Positions 33,850 through 45,334 of a DNA stretch of 64,000 nt are shown in pieces. Location of the stretch: assembly GCA_963733675.1 (NCBI GenBank), contig CAVTET010000003.1:384001-448000 (forward strand), in the 5' to 3' direction. Every line of letters begins with the position of its first letter. Within the stretch, counting starts at the first letter, position 1. Source of the DNA: an uncultured Methanosarcinaceae archaeon (GTDB lineage: Archaea > Halobacteriota > Methanosarcinia > Methanosarcinales > Methanosarcinaceae). The position numbers and the translations under genes are program-made. The notes beneath the pieces were generated by a model. That model was given only the letters and a program-made list of their open reading frames with translations, did no database searches and was not told where the DNA came from.

Positions 33850-34010
33850 ATGTGTTTCAGGGTAATTTTACCTAGAGTTTTCATTCCTCTATAACTAAGA
33901 CAAATACTGTGAAATAAAAAAATAATACTCAACCTTATTCTTCTGTAAAAATCATGAAAAATGAGTGAAATTTTAGGGGGTATTTGAGCCAGTTGGTAAA
34001 GTGCTGAATT
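33850..34010. repeat. Dispersed non-coding repeat, family R2, second copy
   Basis: Homologous to 19310-19490 in the same orientation. Confidence 0.7.
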
Positions 34011-34204
34011 TAGTTGATGTTATTTCTTAATGCGCTATATCATTTTCCGGACTTTTATGTTCTAACTTTTAGTGAGGTTAGCTGAACCGATATGCTTCAG
34101 TATGTGAAGATACAAAGTTTCATTATACTGGAAACTTAATTATGAAAAAATCAACCACCTAATGACGGAAGACCGACGAAGGAAAAGGAATAAAATTAAA
34201 AATG

Positions 34205-35491
34205 TTAGAGCTGCACATAATGTGCAACCTCACCTAAGTCTTCCTCTATTCTAAGTAGCTGATTATATTTTGCAGTTCTTTCACCACGTGCAGGGGCCCC
34301 GGTTTTTATCATTTCTGCCCCAATGGCAACTGCAAGATCTGAAATGGTTGTGTCTTCGGTTTCAGCGGAACGATGGCTCACGATTACTGTATAGCCGTTT
34401 CTGGAGGCCATGCTTGCAGCATCAAAAGACTCCGAGAGTGTTCCGATCTGGTTAATTTTCAAAAGAAGTGCATTTGCTGCTCCCATGTCCACACCTTTGG
34501 AAAGTCTCTCGATGTTCGTAACAAAGAGATCGTCACCAACAATGATCGTATCCCACAGCTCATTGGTCAGGGCTGCAAAGTCCTCGAAGGCTTCCTCAAA
34601 AAACGGATCTTCGATAGAAAGGATTGGATAAGAGTTTACAAGTTCAACGTAGTAATCTAGCAATTCTTGAGCAGTAAGTTTCTTTCCGTCGATGGTATAA
34701 AATCCACCTTCATAGAATTCTGATGCTGCTGCATCAATCCCTATTGTAACTTCAGATTCAGTATATCCTGCTTCCTCAATGGCCTGCACAAGAGAATCTA
34801 GGGCTTCCGTAGATTCACTCATTTTGGGAGCATACCCACCCTCATAACCTACGTTTGTAGAAGAACTACCGTATTTTTTCCCCAATGACTTCCCAAGAAC
34901 GTGGTAAATCTCTACCCCTATCTGAAGGGCTTCGTAGAAGGTTTCTGCACCTTTGGGTTGAATCATAAATTCTTGGATTGCAAGCTCGTTGCCCGCGTGT
35001 TTGCCTCCATTGAGGACGTTCATTATAGGTATTGGCAGAGTAAAAGCATTCGAACCCCCTAAATAACGATAAAGAGGTATATCGAGAGAGTCTGCAGCTG
35101 CTTTTGCGACAGCCATAGATACACCAAGAATTGAATTTGCTCCCATACTTGATTTGTTATCGGTTTCGTCCAGTTCGATCATCAACTCATCGATTTCTCG
35201 CTGATTTCGCACATCGAGCCCAAGCAATTCTTTCTGGATGATAGTGTTCACATTCTTGACTGCGGTTAGAACTCCTTTTCCCTCGTACCTATTGGGGTCT
35301 GCATCCCGCAGTTCAAGGGCTTCATTGGTACCAGTGGAAGCTCCTGAGGGGACACTGGCTCTGCCAAATCCCTTCGGTGTGAATACATCAACTTCAATAG
35401 TGGGATTGCCCCTTGAATCCAGGATCTCCCGAGCATGTATCTTTTGGATTTTATATTCTCCAGAATCCTGCTGTAGACCGATATACGACAT
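34205..35491 (-). CDS. eno: Enolase
   Basis: [60 protein letters not shown]. Confidence 0.97.
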   Translation of the reverse strand: MSYIGLQQDSGEYKIQKIHAREILDSRGNPTIEVDVFTPKGFGRASVPSGASTGTNEALELRDADPNRYEGKGVLTAVKNVNTIIQKELLGLDVRNQREIDELMIELDETDNKSSMGANSILGVSMAVAKAAADSLDIPLYRYLGGSNAFTLPIPIMNVLNGGKHAGNELAIQEFMIQPKGAETFYEALQIGVEIYHVLGKSLGKKYGSSSTNVGYEGGYAPKMSESTEALDSLVQAIEEAGYTESEVTIGIDAAASEFYEGGFYTIDGKKLTAQELLDYYVELVNSYPILSIEDPFFEEAFEDFAALTNELWDTIIVGDDLFVTNIERLSKGVDMGAANALLLKINQIGTLSESFDAASMASRNGYTVIVSHRSAETEDTTISDLAVAIGAEMIKTGAPARGERTAKYNQLLRIEEDLGEVAHYVQL

Positions 35492-35929
35492 AATTTCACC
35501 CTTTCATTTCTGATTTATCATTATACATATATTTTGTTATTTGAAGCCTAATATTTGACTCAGCTTAACCATTACATGTTCGAATTGTATTTAATTCTTT
35601 ATCCGGTACAAAAATAATAATTTTAATTAAGTTTTATACTTGTTTCTTAAGTAAATTTATTTTAACATCCATAGATTACATTGGGAATCCTAATTCTGAA
35701 AATACCCTTAGTTAAGGAATCAAATATTCGCACCGTACAAATTCGAAAAGTATTGGGTTTAGGAGTATTTACGCATATTTCCTCATTAGATAGTTCTATT
35801 TGCTGTAGTTCGAATGGTTATTCTTATGCATTCACAATTTTTCTTAACTATTAGGAGACATTACGAGTAGCTACACAATTTTTCTAGAAATGAGAAAAAA
35901 TAGAACGTAAAATGAATTATTTTTATCTA

Positions 35930-36795
35930 TGGTGAAACATAACGAGATTCTTATTCTGTTTGCTTCAAAACCTGAATTTATTGCTTATATTGAGAGTTTT
36001 AAATCGCAAATTAAAGAACTCACTGAAAGGTTACTCTTATATTGATCTTGTTCAAATCAAAACGATCTTAATATTGACAAACCTCTGTCGACTGATTTTT
36101 TTATCAAAGAGAAACCCAATCACAAGAATCGCTGTAAAAAGAGGGGAAAAAGACATGAATTTCAAGAAGATCATCCAGGAACGATTCGTGAAATGGTTAA
36201 TTATTTTTATTGGCTTGGTTTAATAGTGACACTCTTTGAACTACTCTGAAGAATGCTGTTACTCTTTTGAAAATTTTGAAGCTGGATCCTATGGGAAAAG
36301 ACAATGTTTTGACATTTCACCTCTAAGTTTTATTGTTACATGAAATCTAAGTCAATGAAGATCTTTCTTTACAATAGAATCTCAAGTAAAACTGTTTTTC
36401 CTGAATCAGTGAGATCTCCAGATGATCCTAATTATTCTGGCTTCAGCAATCTACTGTCAAAATTACTAGTTTATCTTTCATGAGAGAATTTCTGAGTTTT
36501 TTAATTATATTGTGTGGATAAAAATATATTCTGCTATCATAATAGAGCAGAAAAAAGATGTTTCAGAAATTTAGAGAAATTTGGAAATATGATTAGTGAG
36601 ATTTTAACAACTTCTCATGTCTTCTATTGTGATAAAATAGGGATGATAATCAAGAAACAAGGATCCTGGATTTATGTGCTCACAATTACAAATCAAATGT
36701 TATTTTTTCCATCCAAGAAGAGAATTTAAAGCAATGGAATCTATTGGAATTTTTCCAAAGTTTAAAGGAATAACAGTTCATGATGGATTGAAAAT
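35930..36795 (+). mobile_element. IS66-family transposase relic
   Basis: Broken frames give KPLSTDFFIKEKPN, EDHPGT, KRQCFDISP, and later KAMESIGIFPKFKGITVHDG, matching IS66 TnpC; many stops. Confidence 0.7.
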
Positions 36796-36823
36796 TCTAG
36801 ATTAGGTTATTTTATCTTGAGTA

Positions 36824-36982
36824 TCATTTTAATTTCATCGGCTCTCCACAACATTTTATGTCGCCGTTACAGCATGCTTTTGTAGAACAGCTATCATCTC
36901 CGCATGCATTTACCACCTCAAGTTCAAATCCACATCCTTCACAAGAAAGTCGCTGATCTTCTTTTAGTTCACTGCAGTTCAT
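36824..36982 (-). CDS. 52-aa Cys-rich desulforedoxin-like small protein (not in ORF track)
   Basis: MNCSELKEDQRLSCEGCGFELEVVNACGDDSCSTKACCNGDIKCCGEPMKLK*; RBS GAGGTGA upstream; CxxC...CCGEPM. Confidence 0.8.
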   Translation of the reverse strand: MNCSELKEDQRLSCEGCGFELEVVNACGDDSCSTKACCNGDIKCCGEPMKLK

Positions 36983-37577
36983 TTTATATCACCTCAAAAT
37001 GTTTAATAGTAAAAATATGTAATTTGGATTCAAATCTTTTTCGAAACAATGATTCTGAAGATTGTTCAGAATTTTCACTTTTTTGTGTGTGTTGAGAAGG
37101 ATTTGATAAATCTGTTTCGTTTTCTTTTCGCAGAATATGATTTTTCCTTGAAATACGTATTCTCGAGCACAGGAATGTCTGCCTCACAAAATTCGGCTGC
37201 ATCAGTCACTGGATTTGTTTCCTTCAAGCCGAAACCTATGAAATAGAGCAAACTCTCTCAAAATCCGGATTCCAGGTCGATTCCAGAAGCGCAGGGGATA
37301 TGACTTGCTTTGTAGAGGCAAACTCCATGTTTATTGGTTATTAAAATCTCAAAAAAATTCTTTTTCGATCAGCCGAGAAAGTTGCTGAAATCTCAGGGCC
37401 AAAAGTTGATACACCCCATAGTGAGAGGGAGGTACGAGCTTGAGGATATCCTATAAAGAAAGCTGAGAAACTCTCAGTAATTGAGTTAGTGTAGACCTCA
37501 GGGTTATTATGTACATCAAATTAGAGCAAGCTTAGCAGTGGTCAAAGTTTGAGTGTCACGGATAATATCCTCGACTC

Positions 37578-39842
37578 TCAATAGTTTTTAGCTGTTTCGA
37601 CTGCATCGCTGCAAGAAACCTGCCAGTTCTTGATCTTTTTTACACTTATATTTATCATTTTTGCAAGCTCAAAGGCGTCAGCCTTTATCAGGGCTTCTAC
37701 GCTTTTTATTCCTACTTCCTCGAGTTTCTCTGCAGTAACTTTACCCACGCCTTCAATGTCCTTAATTGACTTCGGCCTGTCCTTTTTAGGTTGCATAGCC
37801 TGTTCTTTCTGTTGTGTATTTTTCCATTCAATGAAATTACACTGTGGACAGCCCAGGTCCCAAGCACGCTTTCCTGCGTTAATTATGCGTATATGGTGCA
37901 TCCTGTGTATCTCGCATAACCTATCTGTAACAATAATCTGTCCGCTCTTTGGTAGAGGTAGAGAGAATGTACAGTTTGGATAGTTGCTACAGCCTATGAA
38001 ACGGCTCCCCCTCTTTGAACGGCGGATCATGAGTTCGCTTCCGCATAAGGAGCAATTACCTATAATCTTGTCTTCCCTTAAGCCTGCTTGAAGGGATTCT
38101 ACGATCTTATCCCGGTTTTTATCAAGTTCAGAAAACACCTGCTTCAGCATTTCCCGAGATTCTTCAATTACAGTAATTTCTTTGATCTTGCCCTCTGCAA
38201 TCTTATCCATATTTTCTTCGAGTAACTTCGTCATATCTGGTTTTGTGATTGTAGGGGAGTATTTTTCAAGGGTATCCAATACTGCAAAAGAGGTATTTGT
38301 GGGCTGCACGGGATTTCCATGGATATATGCCCTTGAATAAAGTTTGCTGATTATTTCATGCCTCGTTGCCTTTGTCCCAAGTCCCAGTTCTTCCATGATG
38401 TTTATAAGCCTCCCCTGTCCGTAACGGCCGGGGGGCTGGGTTTCTTTATCTAAAATTTCTTTTTTTACTACTTTCAGGAATTCCCCTTCCTGGAGCTCTG
38501 GAAAAACCCTGTCTTCAGGAACATTGTAAGGATAGTACCATCTCCAGCCAGGTTCAATCAGGCGTGCTCCTTTTGCCCTGAATTCTTCCTCATTGATATC
38601 AATTCTCAAACTCATGGTTTCCCATTCACTTGGTCCAGCAAATGTTGCAAAAAAACGCCTGACCACCAGTTCGTAAACGTTCCATTCTTCCTCTTTCAGG
38701 TCAGCTTCTTTTGCGAGGGAAGCAGGATAAATGGGAGGGTGGTCAGTGGTTTCCTTTTTCCCTTTCATAGGAATAAGTTCGACTTTCTCAAGCAGGGCAT
38801 TTGCATACTTTCCAAAAGATCCCTCTTTGAAAATTTCGATCTGTGCCCTTAGATCCAGAGTATCGGGATAAACCGTATTATCTGTCCTGGGATATGAAAT
38901 GTAACCATTAGTATAGAGGGACTCGGCTATGCGCATAGCTTTTACAGGACTGAGCCCAATTGAGTTTGCCGCATTGATAAACCCTGTTGTATTAAGAGGG
39001 ATGGGAGCTTGGTCAGTTTTTTTCCCTTTCTCAATCTGCATTAATTTTGCTTTTTTCCCAAGTTTCTTGAACACTTCCTCTGCCTCCTTTTTGTTCAGGA
39101 AGCGACGGGTTGAATGCTGGGCAGAAAAAGTTTCCCCTTTGGTGCATTCAAATTCTGCATGGATTTCCCAGTAAGGAATCGGAACAAACAGATTCCTTTC
39201 CTTTTCCTTATCAACTATAAGAGATAGGGTCGGAGACTGTACTCTCCCCACGGAAAGGAACATTTTACCAAGCCTGCCTGCAGCAAGAGAGATATAACGG
39301 GTAAGAGCTGCTCCCCATACAAGATCAATAACCTGTCTTGAGTGACCAGCATCAGCGAGATTGAAATCAAGATCTGTAGGGCTTAAAAATGAGGCTACTA
39401 TTGCTTTGGGGGTTATCGCACTGTAACGGACCCGATCAAAAGGCACATCCGGATTTACTTTTTTTATGATATTGAGGGCTTCGGCTCCGATCAGTTCTCC
39501 TTCCCGGTCGTAGTCAGTGGCAATTGTAACTCTACTTGCCTCTTTTCCCAAAGTTCTAAGAGCTGTTAAAATTTTTTGGTTAATAGGAGTTGTTATGATT
39601 TTTGCGTTTATAAGGGCTTTGGAATCGACTTTTTGCCAGTTGTTATACTCACTTGGAAAATCGATGCCTACAATATGGCCCGAAAGCCCTATAACTATTA
39701 TCTCTTGCTTGTCCTCATCAGATCCGATCTCATACCTGTATACGTCCACTCCGCTGACTCTACCCTTCGTTGGGTTTTTTGGAGCCAGAATCGCAGCTAT
39801 CCTCCTTGCTGCAATATTTTTCTCCGTTACAATAAGATGCAT
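37578..39842 (-). CDS. topA: Type IA DNA topoisomerase
   Basis: TOPRIM IVTEK, ATDYDREGE, SVGRVQSPTL, catalytic GYISYPRTD, C4 Zn ribbons, C-terminal HhH. Confidence 0.96.
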   Translation of the reverse strand: MHLIVTEKNIAARRIAAILAPKNPTKGRVSGVDVYRYEIGSDEDKQEIIVIGLSGHIVGIDFPSEYNNWQKVDSKALINAKIITTPINQKILTALRTLGKEASRVTIATDYDREGELIGAEALNIIKKVNPDVPFDRVRYSAITPKAIVASFLSPTDLDFNLADAGHSRQVIDLVWGAALTRYISLAAGRLGKMFLSVGRVQSPTLSLIVDKEKERNLFVPIPYWEIHAEFECTKGETFSAQHSTRRFLNKKEAEEVFKKLGKKAKLMQIEKGKKTDQAPIPLNTTGFINAANSIGLSPVKAMRIAESLYTNGYISYPRTDNTVYPDTLDLRAQIEIFKEGSFGKYANALLEKVELIPMKGKKETTDHPPIYPASLAKEADLKEEEWNVYELVVRRFFATFAGPSEWETMSLRIDINEEEFRAKGARLIEPGWRWYYPYNVPEDRVFPELQEGEFLKVVKKEILDKETQPPGRYGQGRLINIMEELGLGTKATRHEIISKLYSRAYIHGNPVQPTNTSFAVLDTLEKYSPTITKPDMTKLLEENMDKIAEGKIKEITVIEESREMLKQVFSELDKNRDKIVESLQAGLREDKIIGNCSLCGSELMIRRSKRGSRFIGCSNYPNCTFSLPLPKSGQIIVTDRLCEIHRMHHIRIINAGKRAWDLGCPQCNFIEWKNTQQKEQAMQPKKDRPKSIKDIEGVGKVTAEKLEEVGIKSVEALIKADAFELAKMINISVKKIKNWQVSCSDAVETAKNY

Positions 39843-40087
39843 TTAGATCTCCGTTGCAATAAGGTGCATTATAGGACTCCGATAAAAGTTTTTTAAATTT
39901 GATGGTGTAATAAAAAGTGTACTTCGAATTCCTACCAGCTTAATTCTTAACCTGACTTTTATTCCTTGAAGTTTCTTTTTACAATATAAATTTTTGGATC
40001 AAATTCAAAAATGAACTGTCATCCGTAATTAAAATTAGATCCAAGTATCTCCAGTCTGTCCTTTTTCCTCTCTTGATAAAGCCTCTA

Positions 40088-40182
40088 GAGGATCTCAATA
40101 AACATCCGATTTTCAAGAGCTATTTCTATGCCGTTTGTTTATAAGTATATATGACAAAATTAAGGAGTTCGTCGAAATCTTC
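40088..40182. mobile_element. MITE, copy E
   Basis: GAGGATCTCAATAAA...TTCGTCGAAATCTTC with TCTA duplicated on both sides. Confidence 0.75.
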
Positions 40183-40433
40183 TCTACTCAGATTCCTTTA
40201 AGCTATTTCATAATCGTTCAATCAACCTGGAGACAAGTTGTGTGGCTTCTTGAAGGCCTTATGCCCTATGAGCACTTTTTATTTACTACCTAATTTAATC
40301 ATGATCATAGGTTTTCCAACATTAAGGCTCGGAATATCTCCCAGGAGGTCACTAATCCCATTAACACAATTAACTACTGAGAACTGGCTATAAGAGCTCC
40401 TGTGGAGTTTAATCTATTCCACTGAAGACCATA

Positions 40434-40521
40434 GATAATTTCGATAAACTCCGATTCCACCAAATTGCTTACATTTGTTTTATAGGTAATAAGCCAAAAA
40501 TTGGGATTTATCGAAATTTTC
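40434..40521. mobile_element. MITE, copy F
   Basis: GATAATTTCGATAAA...TTTATCGAAATTTTC; interior resembles copy B. Confidence 0.75.
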
Positions 40522-40701
40522 CTGGACTTCCAAGTCATCCTCTACACGAACTTTGAAACAATCTAACCCTACATAGATTAGGGATAGAATTTACCTATTA
40601 TATTTTCACAATCAGAAAGCTATATTTGTTTTCAGAATTTTGTGTGCATAGTTTTTAAGTGTAAGATTGAAAAAGCAAAATGAAATCTTGAGGGATTTTA
40701 T

Positions 40702-41202
40702 ATGAAAGCACTTATATTCGGAGCCGATGGTTTTGAAGATGTTGAACTCATCTATCCTTAGCATCGTTTGAAAGAAAAGGGAATAATTACTCATATAGCC
40801 TCGATGAAAACAGGGCCTATAACAGGACAGCATGGATATGAAATCAATGTTGATGTTGCCTTTAAGGATGTGAATCCTACAGATTATAATATTCTCTTGG
40901 TCTCCGGATGGAAAGGACCTGAAAAAAATGAGGCTTGACAAAGATGCACTTGAGATTACAAGATATTTCTTCAAGGAAAACATACAGTTGCTGCAATCTG
41001 TCATGGCCTCCAGGTTCTAGTCTCTGCAGGCTTCATAAAAGGCAGGAAAGTCACCTGTTGGTTAGGGATAAGGAACGATATTATAGCTGCATGAGCATTT
41101 TACGAAGACTGTGAAGTCGCTATAGATAAAAACCTGGTATTATCAAAGAGCCTGGATGACCTTTCTGCTTTTGGAAGGGAAATGATCAAACTGCTGAAGT
41201 AA
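40702..41202 (+). pseudogene. PfpI/DJ-1-family protease/glyoxalase, disrupted
   Basis: MKALIFGADGFEDVELIYP*HRLKE...KGPEK...VAAICHG...DDLSAFGREMIKLLK; TAG, TGA and frameshifts. Confidence 0.88.
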
Positions 41203-41584
41203 TTCAAAGTTGGATTTTTTAGTTCCAAGCTTTTTCTTTAAATTTTGAAGTTTTCGATATTACTAATTTCTTTCAGGAAGAAATTGCCTTGATTTTTCAT
41301 TTCATATTAATAATTTCATATTAATATAATCTTTATTTCATCAACAAAAATTTGAGAAACCAATTTTTGTAAATAATTTTAACCTCCCTCAAATAACAAT
41401 ATATTTTTGAAATATCTCAAAATAGATGCTGAATTAAGGATCTGACCTCATTATTAAATTTCAAAAATGATCTACTATCAGGAAAATAATAGCTAGACGC
41501 TTATGCGCAAAGAAACAGATGAACAAAAAAACAAGGGAATAAGGAAATTGTTTAAATAGAATTCAAGATTTTAGAGAATTACTT

Positions 41585-42106
41585 ATGAATTCTATAAGTA
41601 ATGGATATATTCCCCTTTACATTTATCATGCCGGGCAGTGTGACCCCAAAAAGTGCACAGGACGAAAAATGGCTCGTTTTGACCTTGCTCGCCTGTATAA
41701 TCGGGTCTCAAGGATACCCCGATCAACGATTCTGCTGGACCCGTTTGCAGGGAAGGCTATTTCACCTGCCGATTATCCCGGAAAAGGAATTGTAGTACTT
41801 GACTGTTCCTGGGAAGAAGTGGAAAGTATTTTTCCCGAACTTGGAAAGCTGAACTTGGATCACAGGGCTCTTCCCTACTTACTTGCGGGCAATCCTGTGA
41901 ACTTCGGAAGGCCCTTCAAACTTAGCTCTGTAGAGGCTTTAGCAGCGGCTCTTTATATATTAGGATGCAAAGAGCAGGCTGAGAAAGTTCTGTCCAAATT
42001 TAACTGGGGTCACAGTTTTCTTGAGTTGAATAAAGAGCCTCTAGAAGAATATGCAACTGCGAAAAACAGTACTGAAATTGTTGAAATCCAGAGTCATTAT
42101 ATCTAA
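41585..42106 (+). CDS. tsr3: 16S rRNA aminocarboxypropyltransferase (DUF367)
   Basis: [50 protein letters not shown]. Confidence 0.93.
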   Translation: MNSISNGYIPLYIYHAGQCDPKKCTGRKMARFDLARLYNRVSRIPRSTILLDPFAGKAISPADYPGKGIVVLDCSWEEVESIFPELGKLNLDHRALPYLLAGNPVNFGRPFKLSSVEALAAALYILGCKEQAEKVLSKFNWGHSFLELNKEPLEEYATAKNSTEIVEIQSHYI

Positions 42107-42149
42107 AGATCCTCAAAATCCTTAAACACTTGTAAACGAAAATGCTTCA

Positions 42150-42460
42150 CTATGAAAACAAGGCTCTTTTTGTAGATGGGTGAATAATGAATGATAGTCA
42201 CTGCGAGATCTTGGGGCAAAATTCTCATACATTGAAGACTCTTTCTTCTGGGAAGATTTTTTGATGACATTAAAGAAAGAGGTTTAATAGATGTCAAATT
42301 AATAATTTCTTACAGGCACAAAGGGATACAGAAAACAGTTAGAGAGACTTTTCTTGGATTAATCTGGAAAATGTGTTATTTACATCTGATAAGACAAGTT
42401 CTCAAGAAGGTAACAAAAGAAGCAAAAAAAGGTATTATGAAGTTAAAAGAAGCATCAATA
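42150..42460 (+). mobile_element. IS256-family transposase fragment
   Basis: EDSFFWEDFFDDIKERGLIDVKLIIS.RHKGIQK.V..TF....WKMC..HLIRQVLKKV. Confidence 0.75.
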
Positions 42461-43028
42461 GATCATCCTATACTTATTTAAAATATTAATTTTAATATTT
42501 TGTCCGCAGTATACTGTTATTCTTGGGCCAATGACAAAGGCAAATATCAACCAACAATTTGGTGCAAAAGCTACTCATATCCGCACTTTGAATTCTCATT
42601 ATCTTTCACACTATAAACTGTTTTTTTGACTATTATCCTTAAATGATCCATTTCTATCTTTAGTAAACCTAGATTTTTCATTTTGTTTAATGTCTTAATT
42701 CCTCGTTCTCTTGATAGTATATTTTTATGGCTAACTCAATGATAACCATATCAGTATAAGGTGCATAAAAGAAATATTTGTACGATTACAAAAGTTCTGC
42801 TGCAACTATGGAAGGATAGCTTTATCCTGTCATCTACTCACTATGCATAGCTACAGACAAAGTTACATCGCTCTGTGATGAAATGGCATTCAAAGATTCA
42901 TTAGGACAATTCACATTAGAAATTTAGTTCAGGTTCACGCTTCCCTAACAAGTAGAAATATATTGCACTTAATATATATCTTAAATCAAATATTATATGA
43001 CAATCACAAAAATATTATGTGCGACTAA

Positions 43029-43358
43029 GAGCCTATCCAAAAAATAATATACTTTCTGCATAAGACATAATTCAGAATATATGCATGGATAAGGGTTATG
43101 ATTTCACCGATATCAGAAAATTGGTTGAAGAATGTGGTTATACTGCGCATATCAAAAGTCGTGGAGAAGAAAACATAAGGAGAGACATACCTGGTTTTAG
43201 GGCAAAAAGATGGGTTGTAGAAAGGACACATTCTTGGCTGAATAGATTCAGAAGACTCCTTATAAGATGGGAAAAGAAAATTGAAAATTACCTTGCTATC
43301 CTACATTTAGCGTGCGCATTGATAACATTAAGATCAGCAGGACTTTTCGGATAGCCTC
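43029..43358 (+). mobile_element. Internally deleted IS5-family element, second copy
   Basis: TIRs GAGCCTATCCAAAAA / TTTTCGGATAGCCTC; same 89-aa C-terminal ORF (43085-43354). Confidence 0.85.
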
Positions 43359-43361
43359 TTA

Positions 43362-43478
43362 GAGACTATCCTAGAGGTCATTAATGGCATGTTGTAACAG
43401 TTATAATTGGTCTAAAGTATCCATTCCAATTGTTTATTGAAAAGTTATACTATGTTACAAAACTTTTTAGGTAGGTTC
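43362..43478. mobile_element. Putative ~117-bp MITE abutting the deleted IS5
   Basis: GAGACTATCCTA...TAGGTAGGTTC imperfect TIRs, TTA on both sides. Confidence 0.55.
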
Positions 43479-43569
43479 TTAATAGCACAAAGCTCGGCTT
43501 CATGCAGAAAAAACTAAAAAAATATCAAATATAAGACTTACATATATTCTTTTTAAGAGTAAAAACAGT

Positions 43570-44023
43570 GTGACAATGGATAGATCTTGTAAACTAACTC
43601 TAAATATAAACAAGCGAATTGGAGATAATGTCGCGTTGGGATTTACTTATGCTTTTGCTACCGAAGCTGCGGGAATTACATATCAGACGTTCAATGACTG
43701 GACGAAAAAAGGTAAAAAATCAACATCTGGAGAGTATGTTAAGTTCTCAAAGTATATTCAAAAATTTAATGCAGATGTGGCTAAAAAGCTTTTGAAACGC
43801 CTGAATGAAGCTGCTGAGGCCGGAAACTGCCAGATTTGCATGTGGATTTTGAGCGACGTTTCCTGAAAGATTGTTGTCGGCATGAATCTCGGAAAACAAA
43901 TGTTGTTTCAGAGAACAAGAATGAGAAGTTGAGATGATTATCAAGGATGTTGATAGAATTAGAAAAGAAATTCTAACGAAGTTTTTTTGGGTTAAAGGAA
44001 TGCATGAGTCACAAACTGGTTAA
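43570..44023 (+). pseudogene. Phage terminase-small-subunit-like HTH protein, frameshifted
   Basis: KLT...AAGITYQTFNDWTKKG...EY..F...AEAGN..ICMWI, then a frameshift to ERRF; resembles the GRPTKLT...WxLERRFP family. Confidence 0.6.
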
Positions 44024-44386
44024 CTTTTTCAATTAGAATTCTACTTATTTTTACTAGAATATTTTTCTTTTCTCATTTATCATGTGGTATTTATCACGTG
44101 TTATAAATTGTAGCCGGAGTTTTCAATATCATCGCCACTTCTTCTGAGCTCGCAGTACTTCAATTGCCTTCTGATTGATTAGGATTTGTATCTGTAGCAT
44201 GTAATTAGCATATAAATTTCTAATTTATCTAGTTCGTTTTCCAATGTTCAATTATATATCTTTAAAATAATTTAATAGTTGCGCTCCTTCTTCTAAGGGG
44301 GCTGGAAACGCTTGAAAGGATGTTGCTATTGTGGTACATACCCAAGAATAATAGTAATTTTTCATTTAATGAGCTTTAGTAAAACT

Positions 44387-45242
44387 GGTTCCGTTGCAAA
44401 AACTTCAACAAAATATGTAAATCTATAAATAATGAATAAAAATCAAAATATTCAAGGAAAATGTACTAACATTATAAAACTATACCAAATAATTGATTAA
44501 TGTATTTGACTTCATTAAGAACAGAGTAATTTAAATCGATTACTTGTCCTTTTTTGATCATATTTATAGCTTCAATTCCTTTTAAAGTCTTATTAGCAGA
44601 TCGAAAAGACTGAAATCCTAACATTGGATTAACGATTCTCTTTATAGATCTGTGATCTTGTTCTATAATGTTATTCAAATACTTGATTTGTCGAATGCCT
44701 ACGTTTTTAGGTAGTATTTTATCAATTTTTAGTTTATCTATAGCAGGTGGATAAGCTGGATTCTTATCAACGGTTATTAATCTTGGAATTTGATTATGAT
44801 TAGAACTTAAAGCTTTCTTAAAGAATCTCTTCGCTGTCTTTCTATCTCGTTTTGAACTTAACATGAAATCAATTGTATCTCCATTTGAGTCAACTGCTCG
44901 GTAAAAATATTTCCATTTACCTTTTACTTTGATATAGGTTTCATCAACTCTCCACGAATCATTTGTTGGTCTTAAATGTCTTCTTATCTTCGTTTCTATT
45001 TCAGGGGAATATTGATGTACCCATCTCATGATTGTTGTATGGTCGACTTTTACTCCCCTTTCTGCCATCATTTCCTTTAAATTTCTATAACTTAATGCAT
45101 ATTTTAAGTACCATCTTACATTCAATAAGATAATTTCCCCTTCATAATGCTTCCATTTAAAGGAATTAGATAGCATGTTACTATCTTTGGTTTTCTTTTT
45201 ATTCTATTGTATCAATTAGAAAGGATTTTTTGCAACGGAACC
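44387..45242 (-). mobile_element. IS6-family element, copy 3
   Basis: Same GGTTCCGTTGCAAAAA TIRs, opposite orientation. Confidence 0.95.
44472..45176 (-). CDS. IS6-family transposase, apparently intact
   Basis: WRVDETYIK, TVDKNPAY, YLNNIIEQDHR. Confidence 0.94.
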   Translation of the reverse strand: MLSNSFKWKHYEGEIILLNVRWYLKYALSYRNLKEMMAERGVKVDHTTIMRWVHQYSPEIETKIRRHLRPTNDSWRVDETYIKVKGKWKYFYRAVDSNGDTIDFMLSSKRDRKTAKRFFKKALSSNHNQIPRLITVDKNPAYPPAIDKLKIDKILPKNVGIRQIKYLNNIIEQDHRSIKRIVNPMLGFQSFRSANKTLKGIEAINMIKKGQVIDLNYSVLNEVKYINQLFGIVL

Positions 45243-45334
45243 GTTTTCTGTATTATCACAATTTGAAATCCTGAAAGGCAGTAACAATTCTTTTTAAAAA
45301 CGTATATTGTACGATCAGATTGGAGAAAACAAAA

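Noticed and set aside
33378-34204. Replication origin next to the oapAB-like operon
   Set aside because: No convincing ORB repeats with G-strings and no cdc6/orc1 gene in the window.
37100-37560. Possible decayed gene downstream of topA
   Set aside because: Fragmentary frames with no recognisable motif.
40702-41202. Pyrrolysine readthrough of the in-frame TAG in pfpI
   Set aside because: The gene also has a TGA and frameshifts, so it is simply a pseudogene.
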